Shown here: piece by piece, positions 20,144-30,140 of the stretch
Layout: each line of letters opens with the position of its first letter
Position numbering within the stretch: the first letter of the stretch is position 1
Source of the DNA: Longimicrobiales bacterium
GTDB lineage: Bacteria; Gemmatimonadota; Gemmatimonadetes; Longimicrobiales; Gaopeijiaceae
NCBI GenBank assembly: GCA_965249725.1
Contig: CBDFMQ010000002.1
Coordinates: 1,088,001 to 1,152,000 of the forward strand
Direction of reading: 5' to 3'
Length of the DNA: 64,000 nucleotides
The notes under the pieces: model-generated
Seen by the model: only the letters and a program-made list of their open reading frames with translations
The model's database searches: none
What the model was told of the DNA's origin: nothing
Translations under genes and position numbers: made by a program

Positions 20144-21849
20144 CAGTCCTCAGAGCTCGATGCGGAGTCTGCGGCGTCCCGAACCATGCGTTCGGGCGCG
20201 AGGATTCCCAGAATGGCCAGCCCGTTACGCAGCACGATCTGAATCGCTCTGGCCAGGCCCAACCGAGCATTCCGTAGATCCGGGTCGGCGACCAGAACCG
20301 CCAACTCCGGGTTGCGGTTCGGATTACCAGCATGATACCAGGAATTCACCGCCCCCGCCGTCTGCTCCAGATAGTCGCAGATCAGGTGGGGAGCTCGCAG
20401 CTGGGCGGCGCGAACCACCAACGCCGGGAACTGGCCCAACTGCTTGATCAGCTCACGCTCGGCCTCCGTGTTGAGGGTCGACAGGTCGACTCCTTCGGCG
20501 GTCACAACCTCTCGATCCACACCAGCCTTGGTGAAGATGCTGCACATGCGGGCGTGGGCGTACTGCACCTTGTAGACCGGGTTCTTGTCCGACTGGTCCA
20601 GGGCCAAATCCAGATCGAAGACCAAGTGCCCCTCAGGCTTTCGCATCTGGAAGAAGTACCGGGTTACATCGACGCCCACCTCGCTCATGAGCTCCCGTAG
20701 CGTCGTGTAGGACCCTGAACGCTTGGAGAACTTCACCTCCTGGCCTTCTTTCTCGACTCGCACCATCTGGTGCAGCACGTACTCGGGGTACGCCTCGGGC
20801 AGTCCGAGAGCCTGCACGCCCGCGTGCACGCGTGCCACCGTGCCGTGGTGGTCCGCCCCCTGCACGTTGATCACATGGTGGAACCCGCGCTCCCACTTGT
20901 CGACGTGGTACGCTACGTCAGGCAGGAAGTACGTGGGCGACCCATCGCCCTTGATCATCACGCGGTCCTTCTGGTCGCCGAACTCGGTGGTCCGGAGCCA
21001 GACGGCATCGTCCTTGTCGTAGACATGACCGGTTTCACGGAGGGATTCCACGGTGGACTCCACCCGACCATCCGTGTACAGAGACGACTCGAGGAAATAC
21101 ACGTCGAAGTGAATACCGAAGTCTGCCAGGTCCCGGTCCTGCTCCTCGCGAAGAATCCGGACGGCCGTGCCTCGCATGAGCGCCAACGTTTCGTCGCTGT
21201 CGTCCCCGCGGAAACGATCGCCGTGCTCTCGAGCCAGCTCCTCCGCGATCTCTGAGACATAGTCACCCTGGTAGCCGCCTTCAGGGACTTCGGCGGGCTC
21301 ACCGAGGTGCTGTTGATAGCGAGCCCACACGCTTTCGCCGAGGCGGTCGATCTGCGCGCCGGCGTCGTTGTAGTAGTACTCGCGCGCTACGGCCCATCCG
21401 GTCCAATCCAGCAGCCCGGCGATGGCGTCCCCTAATGCACCCTGCCGTCCGTGCCCCAGATGTAGTGGGCCTGTGGGGTTGGCCGAAACGAACTCCACCA
21501 TGAAGGGACGTCCTTCACCCTCCTCGGAGCGGCCGTAGGCTTCGTCCTGCTCTAGAAGCTCCACCAGTCCCTCCGCGACCTGCCCGGCGCTTAGTCTGAA
21601 GTTCAGAAACCCCGGTCCCGCGACCTCGACAGCTTGGATGCCGGAGACACCTACCTCGATCCGGGAAGCGATTTCCTCGGCGATCGCCCGGGGCGGCTTC
21701 TTCAGAGCCGAAGCGAGTGTCAGCGCCACGTTGGTGGCGAGATCCCCGTGGCTCGGGTCATTCGGCTGCTCGAGGCGCACCGTCGCGTCGCTGACGCCCA
21801 TCTGCTCCAAGACGTCGGCGAGAGCTTCTAGTATGGCTTCCTGGGACAT
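20143..21849 (-). CDS. argS: Arginyl-tRNA synthetase
   Basis: HGDLATN, EFVSANPTGPLHLGHGR, GADHHG, KFSKRSG, QYAHAR; ATG 21849. Confidence 0.97.
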   Translation of the reverse strand: MSQEAILEALADVLEQMGVSDATVRLEQPNDPSHGDLATNVALTLASALKKPPRAIAEEIASRIEVGVSGIQAVEVAGPGFLNFRLSAGQVAEGLVELLEQDEAYGRSEEGEGRPFMVEFVSANPTGPLHLGHGRQGALGDAIAGLLDWTGWAVAREYYYNDAGAQIDRLGESVWARYQQHLGEPAEVPEGGYQGDYVSEIAEELAREHGDRFRGDDSDETLALMRGTAVRILREEQDRDLADFGIHFDVYFLESSLYTDGRVESTVESLRETGHVYDKDDAVWLRTTEFGDQKDRVMIKGDGSPTYFLPDVAYHVDKWERGFHHVINVQGADHHGTVARVHAGVQALGLPEAYPEYVLHQMVRVEKEGQEVKFSKRSGSYTTLRELMSEVGVDVTRYFFQMRKPEGHLVFDLDLALDQSDKNPVYKVQYAHARMCSIFTKAGVDREVVTAEGVDLSTLNTEAERELIKQLGQFPALVVRAAQLRAPHLICDYLEQTAGAVNSWYHAGNPNRNPELAVLVADPDLRNARLGLARAIQIVLRNGLAILGILAPERMVRDAADSASSSED

Positions 21850-21859
21850 TGCGTTTGGG

Positions 21860-22288
21860 CTAGCGTCTGGGTTCTTCAGTCGGAGTCGAAGTCTTCGACG
21901 ACTCCGAAGATTTCGACGACTCTTTGGAGGATGCACTGGAGCCGGAAGAGGAGTCCGAAGTGGAAGAGGAGTCCGAAGTGGAAGAGGAGTCCGAAGTGGA
22001 AGAGGAGTCCGAAGTGGAAGAAGTAGAGGTCCCCTTCTCGTCCGAGTTCGACCCCTTCTTGCTCGATGCACCGCCCTCTTTATCGGAAGATGCCGCCTTC
22101 TTGTAGTCGTCACTCCGATAGTCTGTGATGTAGAAACCTTCGCCCTTGAAGATGAACCCCGCACCACCGGAGAGGAGACGTTCGGACATCCCTCCACACA
22201 CCGGACACTCGGAGACGGGCTCGTCCGACATCCGTTGGAACCGCTCGAACTCGTGCCCCTTGGAGCACCGGTATTCGTAAGTCGGCAT
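21860..22288 (-). CDS. FmdB family zinc-ribbon protein with Ser-rich tail
   Basis: MPTYEYRC..GH.FE...CP.C...FKGEGFYITDY. Confidence 0.92.
   Translation of the reverse strand: MPTYEYRCSKGHEFERFQRMSDEPVSECPVCGGMSERLLSGGAGFIFKGEGFYITDYRSDDYKKAASSDKEGGASSKKGSNSDEKGTSTSSTSDSSSTSDSSSTSDSSSTSDSSSGSSASSKESSKSSESSKTSTPTEEPRR
21944..22021. repeat. 4 perfect 18-bp repeats GGAAGAGGAGTCCGAAGT (encode TSDSSS)
   Basis: Units at 21944, 21962, 21980 and 21998. Confidence 0.95.
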
Positions 22289-22419
22289 CGGCAGGTCGTA
22301 CCTGGTTTCGCCATCGATGAACGTGATCGCATGGTCACACAACAGCCGCGAAAAATAACGGGTTGGAAGGGTGTGACCAGTGCCCGGGCGGCCGCACCGT
22401 CCGATTCTTCAGAGTGGCC

Positions 22420-23925
22420 CTATCCGTCGTAGGTGCCCCACTCCTCTCTGAGGACGTCACTAATCTCTCCCAACGTCACCGAGGCCTTCGCCGCTTGGAT
22501 GATCGGAGGCAGCAGATTGTCGCTCCCGGCGGCCGCAGCACGAACGGCCTCGCGGGCATGGGAAGCACTCTGTGCGTCCCGGGTCTTCTTCAGATCGGCG
22601 AGTCTCGCCTTCTGATCGGCCTCGAGCGCCGAGAAGTCGGGGTTGTCGACCTCGGGCGGCACGCCTTGTTCCGCGAAGGCGTTCACGCCCACCACAACCC
22701 GCTCCCCTGCCTCGACGGCCATTTGGTGGCCGTAGGCCGAGCGGTGGATCTCGTCCTGCATGAAGCCGACCGCCTTCGCCGCCCCACCGAGCTCGGCGAT
22801 CTGATCGATGTACTCCGCCGCCTTCGCCTCGACCTCATCCGTGAGCGCCTCCACGTAGTGGCTCCCCCCTAGCGGGTCGACCGAACCTGTGACCCCCGAC
22901 TCGTGCGCCACGATCTGCTGGGTGCGAAGAGCGATCTTCGCCGCCTCCTCCGTGGGAAGCGTCAGCGCCTCGTCGAATCCGTTCGTGTGAAGGGACTGCG
23001 TTCCACCCAGGACGGCCGCGAGGGCCTGAATGGTCACTCGGATCACGTTGTTCATCGGCTGCTGGGCCGTGAGGGTCGAGCCACCGGTCTGAGTGTGGAA
23101 CCGAAGCCTGCACGACTTGTCGGAAGCGTCGTAACGCTCCTTCATGAGCCGTGCCCAGAGGCGCCGCGCGGCCCTGAACTTCGCTACCTCTTCGAACAGG
23201 TCGTTGTGGGCTGCGAAGAAGAACGACAGGCGAGGAGCGAAAGCCTCGAGCGCGATGCCGGCGGCCAATGCCCGCTCTACGTACTCCAGTCCATTGGCCA
23301 GGGTGAAAGCGACCTCCTGCACCGCCGTCGAGCCGGCCTCGCGGATGTGATAACCCGAGATCGACGTCGAATTCCAGCGGGGCACCTCCTCGGTACAGAA
23401 TGCGATCACGTCCGAAACGAGTCGAAGGCTGGGGTCGACCGGATAGATGTAGGTCCCGCGCGCGACGTACTCCTTGAGCACGTCGTTCTGAACCGTCCCG
23501 CTCAGGTCTCCCCGTCCCACACCTCGTTCGTCCCCGACGGCCACATAGAGGGCCAGGAGGATCGCGGCGGTGGAGTTGATGGTCATCGAAGTCGACACTT
23601 GATCGAGGGAGATGCCTTCGAAAAGCACCCTCATGTCCGCGATGGAGTCGACGGCTACGCCCACCCGGCCGACTTCGCCCTCTGCCATGGGGTGGTCCGA
23701 GTCGTAGCCCATCTGCGTGGGTAGATCGAAGGCGACGGACAGCCCTGTGGTGCCCTGCTCCAGCAGGTAGTGGTAGCGACGGTTCGTTTCCCGGGCCGTG
23801 CCGAACCCGGCGTACTGGCGCATGGTCCAGAGGCGGCCCTGATACATGTCCGGATAGACGCCTCTGGTGAACGGAAACTCCCCGGGGCGCCCAAGGTCGC
23901 GAGGGTCGTCCGAACCCCTGTTCAC
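22420..23925 (-). CDS. Methylmalonyl-CoA mutase large (substrate-binding) subunit, split type
   Basis: [52 protein letters not shown]; no DxHxxG B12 domain. Confidence 0.93.
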   Translation of the reverse strand: MNRGSDDPRDLGRPGEFPFTRGVYPDMYQGRLWTMRQYAGFGTARETNRRYHYLLEQGTTGLSVAFDLPTQMGYDSDHPMAEGEVGRVGVAVDSIADMRVLFEGISLDQVSTSMTINSTAAILLALYVAVGDERGVGRGDLSGTVQNDVLKEYVARGTYIYPVDPSLRLVSDVIAFCTEEVPRWNSTSISGYHIREAGSTAVQEVAFTLANGLEYVERALAAGIALEAFAPRLSFFFAAHNDLFEEVAKFRAARRLWARLMKERYDASDKSCRLRFHTQTGGSTLTAQQPMNNVIRVTIQALAAVLGGTQSLHTNGFDEALTLPTEEAAKIALRTQQIVAHESGVTGSVDPLGGSHYVEALTDEVEAKAAEYIDQIAELGGAAKAVGFMQDEIHRSAYGHQMAVEAGERVVVGVNAFAEQGVPPEVDNPDFSALEADQKARLADLKKTRDAQSASHAREAVRAAAAGSDNLLPPIIQAAKASVTLGEISDVLREEWGTYDG

Positions 23926-24452
23926 TGCGTATCCTCGGGGTCGGCTGACTCGGGTGGGAGCATTTCCATGAGGATCTGGTCCTTCTCCACGGCCTGTCCG
24001 GCGGCCACGTGGATCACCCCGACCCGGGCCGGGCTATCCGCCGCAAGTTCATTCTCCATCTTCATGGCCTCTACGATCAGCAGACCCGTCCCCACGTCCA
24101 CCAACTCACCTTCCTCGACCTCTACCTTCACCACAAGACCCGGCATGGGAGCCTTGATCGCCTTCGGGCCGAGCGGCCCGGCTCGGGCTGCCGACATGTC
24201 ACGGATGGTCTTCGTGTGTTCGTCCAGGACCTCGGCGCTTTCGTGGCCGCCCCGGAGGTGCAGACTCCATTGCCCCTTGCCGGATGGACGAGCAACGAGA
24301 CGATACGACTTTCCGTCGACGAGGAGAGAGTGCACCTCGGTACCTGCAACCTGCAATGCGGAAACCTCCACCCGTTCTCCGCATATCCGGACGCCGGCCT
24401 CGTCGACCTCGACCTCGAATTCGGCGTCGCGGATCGTGACGTAGTATCGCAT
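23922..24452 (-). CDS. Biotin carboxyl carrier protein
   Basis: APMPG and EAMKMENE biotin-lysine motif. Confidence 0.93.
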   Translation of the reverse strand: MRYYVTIRDAEFEVEVDEAGVRICGERVEVSALQVAGTEVHSLLVDGKSYRLVARPSGKGQWSLHLRGGHESAEVLDEHTKTIRDMSAARAGPLGPKAIKAPMPGLVVKVEVEEGELVDVGTGLLIVEAMKMENELAADSPARVGVIHVAAGQAVEKDQILMEMLPPESADPEDTQ

Positions 24453-24457
24453 GCGCT

Positions 24458-25798
24458 CTACTCCGGATCCTCGGAGCCGGCGTGGCGCTCCAACACCACG
24501 ACCGTCTCGACATGCGAGGTCTGCGGAAAGAGGTCGAAGGCGCGGATCTCGGTGATGTCGTAGGCCGAACACATCCGAGCCAAGTCCCGCGCAAGCGTCG
24601 CCGGATCACAACTCACGTAGATCACCCGCGGAGGACCGTCGCTCATCAATGTATCGACCACTCGGGCCTCCACGCCGGCCCGAGGCGGGTTGAGAATCAC
24701 CAGGTCGGCCGGCAGGGCCTCGGCCAGCCGTTCCTCTACCGTGCCCGGAAGCACGGTGAAGCCCTCGGGGGCGTCCCGGCCGGCCGCCTTCGCAGCGCGC
24801 GGATCCTGCTCGATTCCGACGGCCTTGCCACCCGCCCGCGCGAACCCGCGTCCATAGAGACCCACTCCGCAGTACGCGTCGACGATCCTCGTCCCCGGAC
24901 CCACGCGGGCGACGCCCTCGACCCATCGGTGCAGCTCCTCGGCCGCCTGGACGTTCACCTGGAGAAAAGCCGTGGGGCTCGTGCGGACTACTTCATCCAT
25001 CCGCGTCTGATGCATCACGGCTTGTCCGTCCAGCAAGCGTGGAGTCCCCTTGGCATCGACGCTCCACACCGCCACCAATCCTTCGACCTCCTTGAGCAGC
25101 ACGTCCGGGCGACCCGGGCCTTTGCCGCCTTCGACCACGAGAATGACGCCCTCGTCTACCACGCGTAGCGTCAGCCGCAACCGTCGCCCACCGGGAAGTC
25201 GCCGCGCGGCGTCGCCCCAAGCGGCACGTAGTTGCCGCCAGGTCGAGGCAATGGCCGGATCCGGCAGAACGCACCCGTCCTCTACGTCGACGATGCGTCG
25301 AGGGTTGGTCAGGTGATGAAAGCCCGCCACCACGCGCTGCCCAGGAAGCCTGAGGAGTGTGAAGGTGACCCGCGAGCGGTAGCCATGAGCGACAGGACTC
25401 GGCTCCGCCGGCGGAACCGCGACCTCGAGGCCTCCGATTCGCTTCAATGCGTCTTGGACGAAGCGCGTCTTCCAACCAAGCTGGTCCTCGTACGCGATGT
25501 GCTGAAGAGTGCAGCCGCCGCACTCGTCGTAGTACGGGCACACCGGCGTGGCCCTCTTCGGGCTCGCGCGTAGAACCTCGACCAGCCGGCCTCGAGCCCA
25601 CCGCGCCTTCTGCTGCGTGAGGCGCAAGCTGACCTCGTCGCCGGGGCTGGTTCGCGGCACGAAGACCACCCTGCCGTCCGGAAGATCCCCCACCCCGGCG
25701 CCGTCCGAGCCGAGGGCCCTGATGTGTACCGACTCCACGTGGGGATCGCTCGACTCGGAGGTGGGCTCAGGCACCGTGCGCTCCGTCAGCTCGTCCAT
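24458..25798 (-). CDS. RNA m5U methyltransferase (TrmA/RlmD family)
   Basis: TRAM-like N-terminus, CPYYDECGGC, FLQVN, DAYCGVG, NPPRAG, YVSCDPATLARD, FPQTSHVE. Confidence 0.92.
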   Translation of the reverse strand: MDELTERTVPEPTSESSDPHVESVHIRALGSDGAGVGDLPDGRVVFVPRTSPGDEVSLRLTQQKARWARGRLVEVLRASPKRATPVCPYYDECGGCTLQHIAYEDQLGWKTRFVQDALKRIGGLEVAVPPAEPSPVAHGYRSRVTFTLLRLPGQRVVAGFHHLTNPRRIVDVEDGCVLPDPAIASTWRQLRAAWGDAARRLPGGRRLRLTLRVVDEGVILVVEGGKGPGRPDVLLKEVEGLVAVWSVDAKGTPRLLDGQAVMHQTRMDEVVRTSPTAFLQVNVQAAEELHRWVEGVARVGPGTRIVDAYCGVGLYGRGFARAGGKAVGIEQDPRAAKAAGRDAPEGFTVLPGTVEERLAEALPADLVILNPPRAGVEARVVDTLMSDGPPRVIYVSCDPATLARDLARMCSAYDITEIRAFDLFPQTSHVETVVVLERHAGSEDPE

Positions 25799-27282
25799 GG
25801 CCATCCCGAGGCTCGCCACGGAGAGAGTCCCACTCCCGCGTCGTGTGAATCGATCCGGGCAGTCCCCGGACTCTGCCGCGCCTGGTGCTCGAGTACGGCA
25901 GCCGCCACCGCCAGCACGCGTAGCGCCCCATCGCCAGGCTCCAGCACCTCTGGATGCTCATCCAGATAAGAGGTACTGAGGCGGCCATTCCTGAAGTCCT
26001 TCTCGTCCATCACGCTCCGGTGAAACCGGGCGCTCGTCTCGATGCCGGCGATCACCAGCTCATCGAGCGCGCGCCCCATGCGATCGATGGCTTGCTCTCG
26101 TGTGCTCGCGTGCACGATGAGCTTGGCCAGCAGCGGATCGTAGTAGAGACCGACCTCGAAGCCCTCGACAATGCCGCCGTCCCATCGAACACCTGGGCCA
26201 TCGGGCAAATCCAAACGATCTACCCTTCCGGTCGACGGGAGGAACCCGTTTCGTGGATCCTCGCTCGTGATTCGACACTCGATGGCATGGCCGGTGAGCG
26301 ATACGTCCTCTTGATCGAAGTCGAGCTCCTCTCCCTGAGCGATCCGGATCTGCCAATGCACGAGATCGATGCCCGTCACGAACTCGGTGACTGGATGCTC
26401 CACCTGGAGCCGGGTGTTCATCTCCAAGAAGTAGAATTGGCCGTCGCTGTAGAGGAACTCCACAGTACCCGCGCCACGGTAGTTCACGGCCCTCGCGGCC
26501 TGCACCGCCGCCTCACCCATGGACGCGCGCTCGTCTGGAGTGAGTAGAGCCGACGGCGCCTCCTCGATGAGCTTCTGATGACGGCGTTGGATGGAGCACT
26601 CGCGTTCACCGAGATGGACGACCCGACCGGCGGTGTCCCCCAGGACCTGAATCTCGATATGGCGCGGATGGGCGAGATACTTCTCGAGGTAGATCGAGCC
26701 GTCCCCGAAGGCCGCCTCGGCCTCCCTCGCCGCCGCCTCGTAGGCTCCCCCAACGGAAGCGGCATCTTCGACGATCCTCATTCCCTTTCCGCCACCCCCG
26801 GCGGCGGCCTTGAGGAGCAACGGAAACCCGAGCTCCTCCGCTACACTCGTAGCCTCGTCGGCATCGGATACGGGATCGACTCCACCCGGAACGATGGGCA
26901 CGCCGGCCGCCTCCATGCGTCGACGGGCCTCGGTCTTGTCTCCCATCGCCGCGATGGTCCCCGGCTCCGGTCCAATGAAGACGAGGCCGGCCTCCTCCAC
27001 CTGAGCTGCGAAGGACGCTCGCTCAGCCAGGAAGCCGTAACCGGGATGCACCGCCCCGGCCCCAGCCCTTTGGGCCACCTCTACCAGGTGCTCCGCACGC
27101 AGATAACTCTCTGCCGATGGGGCCGGCCCCACCAAATAGGCCTCATCAGCGGCCAATACGTGGGGAGAGAGCCGATCCGCCTCCGAATAGACCGCAACGG
27201 AGCGGAGCCTCATCTCGCGACACGCCCTGACGATTCGGACGGCGATTTCGCCGCGATTGGCCACGAGGACGGTGTCGAACAT
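25786..27282 (-). CDS. accC: Biotin carboxylase subunit of acyl-CoA carboxylase
   Basis: VANRGEIA, HPGYGFLAE, GGGGKGMR, RECSIQRRHQK, EMNTRLQVEHP, YYDPLLAK. Confidence 0.95.
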   Translation of the reverse strand: MFDTVLVANRGEIAVRIVRACREMRLRSVAVYSEADRLSPHVLAADEAYLVGPAPSAESYLRAEHLVEVAQRAGAGAVHPGYGFLAERASFAAQVEEAGLVFIGPEPGTIAAMGDKTEARRRMEAAGVPIVPGGVDPVSDADEATSVAEELGFPLLLKAAAGGGGKGMRIVEDAASVGGAYEAAAREAEAAFGDGSIYLEKYLAHPRHIEIQVLGDTAGRVVHLGERECSIQRRHQKLIEEAPSALLTPDERASMGEAAVQAARAVNYRGAGTVEFLYSDGQFYFLEMNTRLQVEHPVTEFVTGIDLVHWQIRIAQGEELDFDQEDVSLTGHAIECRITSEDPRNGFLPSTGRVDRLDLPDGPGVRWDGGIVEGFEVGLYYDPLLAKLIVHASTREQAIDRMGRALDELVIAGIETSARFHRSVMDEKDFRNGRLSTSYLDEHPEVLEPGDGALRVLAVAAAVLEHQARQSPGTARIDSHDAGVGLSPWRASGWPWTS

Positions 27283-27353
27283 GGAGTGGGGGTTCTGTTT
27301 GTCGAGGAGGTCGCCGGGCCGGAAAGGCCCCAGGGACAAGGGACAACAAGAGA

Positions 27354-27382
27354 AGTCTGGCGGCGGGTATAGGGAGTGTAAA
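27354..27382 (-). promoter_or_regulatory. Putative sigma70 promoter TTTACA-17-CAGACT for the accC operon
   Basis: Hexamers at 27377-27382 and 27354-27359, just downstream of a terminator-like hairpin. Confidence 0.4.
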
Positions 27383-27410
27383 CCCTGGAACGCCCACGAA
27401 GAAGCACGAA

Positions 27411-27442
27411 GACGGGGCAGGCGTCGAAACGCCTGCCCCGTC
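27411..27442 (-). terminator. Perfect 14-bp stem with TTCG loop after the PDZ gene
   Basis: GACGGGGCAGGCGT-TTCG-ACGCCTGCCCCGTC followed by a weak T-rich tail. Confidence 0.7.
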
Positions 27443-27471
27443 ATGACACTACGATCGGCCCACTTCGGCCT

Positions 27472-28446
27472 CTAGTAGGGCATCAACGACCCCTCGATGA
27501 CCTGTTCGGCGCCTTTGCGAATGATGGTCATTCGGATGGGCTCGTCTTCCTCGTAGGAGTCGATCAGGCGACGGACGCGACTGACCGTGTCGACCTCGCG
27601 ATCACCGACAGCGATGATCACGTCACCCGGCATGAGGCCGAGAGCCGAATCATCGTCGACATCGATGACGAGGACGCCGCTGTCCGCATCGAAGTACTCC
27701 GCGAGCCTCGGATTGAGTTCGCGGAACTCGACGCCTGCGGCGCATCCGCGGGTGTCTTCTCCCCACGAAGTCTGCGATCCCGGGCAGTCGCCACCGAAGA
27801 ACGCGTAGGACCCTGAGAAACCGCGGCCCTCGCCCAGACGACCACCCAGCTCCTCTTTCAACTCCCCCATCCGCTCGGCCAGCTCTTCGGTCCGCACTTC
27901 GATGTGGCCCCCGTCGATATCGACCGTCCAGTTGCCCGCATCGTCCCCGAAGCTCATGACCCGCGGAAAGTCGAATTCCTCGGCCACGATCTCTACGGTC
28001 TCCGACTGGCCGTCCCGGAGGTACGTGATTGCGACGGCCTGTCCCGGCTCTACCTCGCGCGCCAAAGCCAGAACCCGCTGAGCGGGAAGTGACTCGTCTT
28101 GATCCAACTCGTCCTCGATATCGACATCCGCCAACGGCCCAATCAGCGACTGACCGTCGAAAGCCGTGATGATGTCCCCGTCTCTCAGGCCGGCGTCCTC
28201 TGCCGGCGATCCGTGCATGACGTCCCGTACCAGAGCCCCCTGGTCGTCATAGCGCCGGGATTGGTTGGCGTCGAGATAGAGGCCCAAGCGAGCCCTGGAA
28301 GCGCTCTGGACGAACATATTGGGCATCGAGAAGCTCGACCTGCGCCTCTGCTCTCGATCTCGGTCCTGTGCCTCGGCACCCGTGGGCAGTGCCGCAAGAG
28401 CCAGTGCTAGCGCGGTCAGCCACCGCAGTGAGTTATCCAGCTTCAC
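27472..28446 (-). CDS. Exported PDZ-domain protein (two PDZ domains)
   Basis: Signal peptide ending AEA-Q; RLGL...GSPAEDAGLRDGDII; GL.PGDVII.V; GGAGGTG RBS. Confidence 0.85.
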   Translation of the reverse strand: MKLDNSLRWLTALALALAALPTGAEAQDRDREQRRRSSFSMPNMFVQSASRARLGLYLDANQSRRYDDQGALVRDVMHGSPAEDAGLRDGDIITAFDGQSLIGPLADVDIEDELDQDESLPAQRVLALAREVEPGQAVAITYLRDGQSETVEIVAEEFDFPRVMSFGDDAGNWTVDIDGGHIEVRTEELAERMGELKEELGGRLGEGRGFSGSYAFFGGDCPGSQTSWGEDTRGCAAGVEFRELNPRLAEYFDADSGVLVIDVDDDSALGLMPGDVIIAVGDREVDTVSRVRRLIDSYEEDEPIRMTIIRKGAEQVIEGSLMPY

Positions 28447-28536
28447 CGTCTCACCTCCCTTTTGATCCCCTGGTCCGGGCCGGTTGCCCGAAGTCACCCT
28501 TGAGATGCTGCCTCGGGAAGGAAGCGTTGCCTCGGC

Positions 28537-30087
28537 CTAGAGTGGGATATTGCCGTGCTTCTTGCGCGGATTCTCGTCGCGCTTGTTCCGAAGCATGTCC
28601 AGGGAGCTGATGAGCCTGGGGCGGGTGTCGCGTGGATCGATGACATCGTCGATGTAGCCGCGAGCCGCGGCGATGTACGGATGAGCGAACTGCTCGCGGT
28701 ACGCCTCGATATGCGCCTCCGTCACCCCCTCGGGGTCGTCGGATTCGGCGATTTCCTTTCGGAACATGACTTCAACGGCCCCCTTAGGGCCCATGACCGC
28801 GATTTCCGCCGTGGGCCAAGCGAGATTGACGTCCCCCCTTACGTGTTTGGAGTTCATGACGTCGTAGGCACCACCATACGCCTTGCGGGTGATAACCGTG
28901 AGCTTCGGCACCGTGGCCTCGGAGAAGGCGTAGAGCAGCTTGGCTCCGTGGCGGATGATTCCTCCGTGTTCCTGTCCAACTCCGGGCAGAAAGCCCGGCA
29001 CGTCCTCGAACACCACGAGCGGAATGTTGAAGGCGTCACAGAACCGGACGAAGCGGGCCCCCTTTACGGATGAGTCGATATCCAGGACCCCTGCCAGCAC
29101 TGCCGGCTGATTCGCGATCACACCGACCGCGTGCCCCCCCAGATGGGCGAATCCGACCGTGAGGTTCCGGGCGAACAACTCGTGGACCTCGTAGAACTCG
29201 CCGTCGTCCACGACGCGCCCTATGACATCATGTATATCGTAGGGCTTATTGGGGTTATCTGGTACGCTCTCAAGTAATTTCTCGTCCCTGCGATCATGTG
29301 GATCAGACGTCTCACGAGACGGTGAGACCTCGGTGTTGTTCTGTGGAATGAACCCCATGAGGTCCCGAACGGCCCCAAGGCACTCAGGCTCTGAATCATG
29401 GACGAATTGGGCGACGCCCGACGTCGAACCGTGTACGTCGGCTCCGCCGAGGCTCTCCATATCTACATCTTCGTGAGTCACCGTCTTCACCACGTTGGGA
29501 CCGGTAACGAACATGTAGCTGACTCCGCGAACCATATACACGAAGTCGGTGATCGCAGGGGAGTAGACGGCCCCGCCGGCACAGGGGCCCAATACCACAC
29601 TGATCTGCGGGATCACACCGGAGGCGAGCGTGTTTCTCAGGAAGATGTCGGCGTAGCCCCCCAACGACACGACGCCCTCTTGGATGCGGGCCCCTCCGGA
29701 GTCGTTCAGTCCGATGAGCGGCGCCCCGTTTTTCAGGGCCATCTCCTGGAGCTTCACGATCTTCTCGGCGTGAGCCTCGGACAGTGATCCCCCGAAAACG
29801 GTGAAATCCTGGGAGAAGACGTACACGAGCCGCCCATGAATCGTCCCATAGCCCGTCACGACACCGTCACCGAGGATCTTCTTGTCGGCGAGGCCGAAAT
29901 CGGTGGAGCGATGCGTTACGAAACGGTCCAGCTCCACGAAGGAGTCGTCGTCCAGGAGTAAGGCGAGCCTCTGACGAGCGGTCAGTTTTCCCCGCTCCTC
30001 CTGGGCGGCAAGCCGTGCCTCTCCCCCACCGAGTTTCGCCTCGCGTCCGAGCTCCTGCAGGCGCTCTAGCTTCTCCTCCATCGACAT
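28537..30087 (-). CDS. pccB: Acyl-CoA carboxylase carboxyltransferase subunit (propionyl-CoA carboxylase beta type)
   Basis: [52 protein letters not shown]. Confidence 0.93.
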   Translation of the reverse strand: MSMEEKLERLQELGREAKLGGGEARLAAQEERGKLTARQRLALLLDDDSFVELDRFVTHRSTDFGLADKKILGDGVVTGYGTIHGRLVYVFSQDFTVFGGSLSEAHAEKIVKLQEMALKNGAPLIGLNDSGGARIQEGVVSLGGYADIFLRNTLASGVIPQISVVLGPCAGGAVYSPAITDFVYMVRGVSYMFVTGPNVVKTVTHEDVDMESLGGADVHGSTSGVAQFVHDSEPECLGAVRDLMGFIPQNNTEVSPSRETSDPHDRRDEKLLESVPDNPNKPYDIHDVIGRVVDDGEFYEVHELFARNLTVGFAHLGGHAVGVIANQPAVLAGVLDIDSSVKGARFVRFCDAFNIPLVVFEDVPGFLPGVGQEHGGIIRHGAKLLYAFSEATVPKLTVITRKAYGGAYDVMNSKHVRGDVNLAWPTAEIAVMGPKGAVEVMFRKEIAESDDPEGVTEAHIEAYREQFAHPYIAAARGYIDDVIDPRDTRPRLISSLDMLRNKRDENPRKKHGNIPL

Positions 30088-30140
30088 GGGTCGTTCTCCT
30101 CTGGAAGGGCCTACTGGTATCCCATGCTAGCGCCTCGGTG

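Noticed and set aside
21850..22338. N-terminal extension of ArgS in the 731-aa ORF
   Set aside because: It is an alternative frame of the fmdB gene; ArgS-like sequence begins at ATG 21849.
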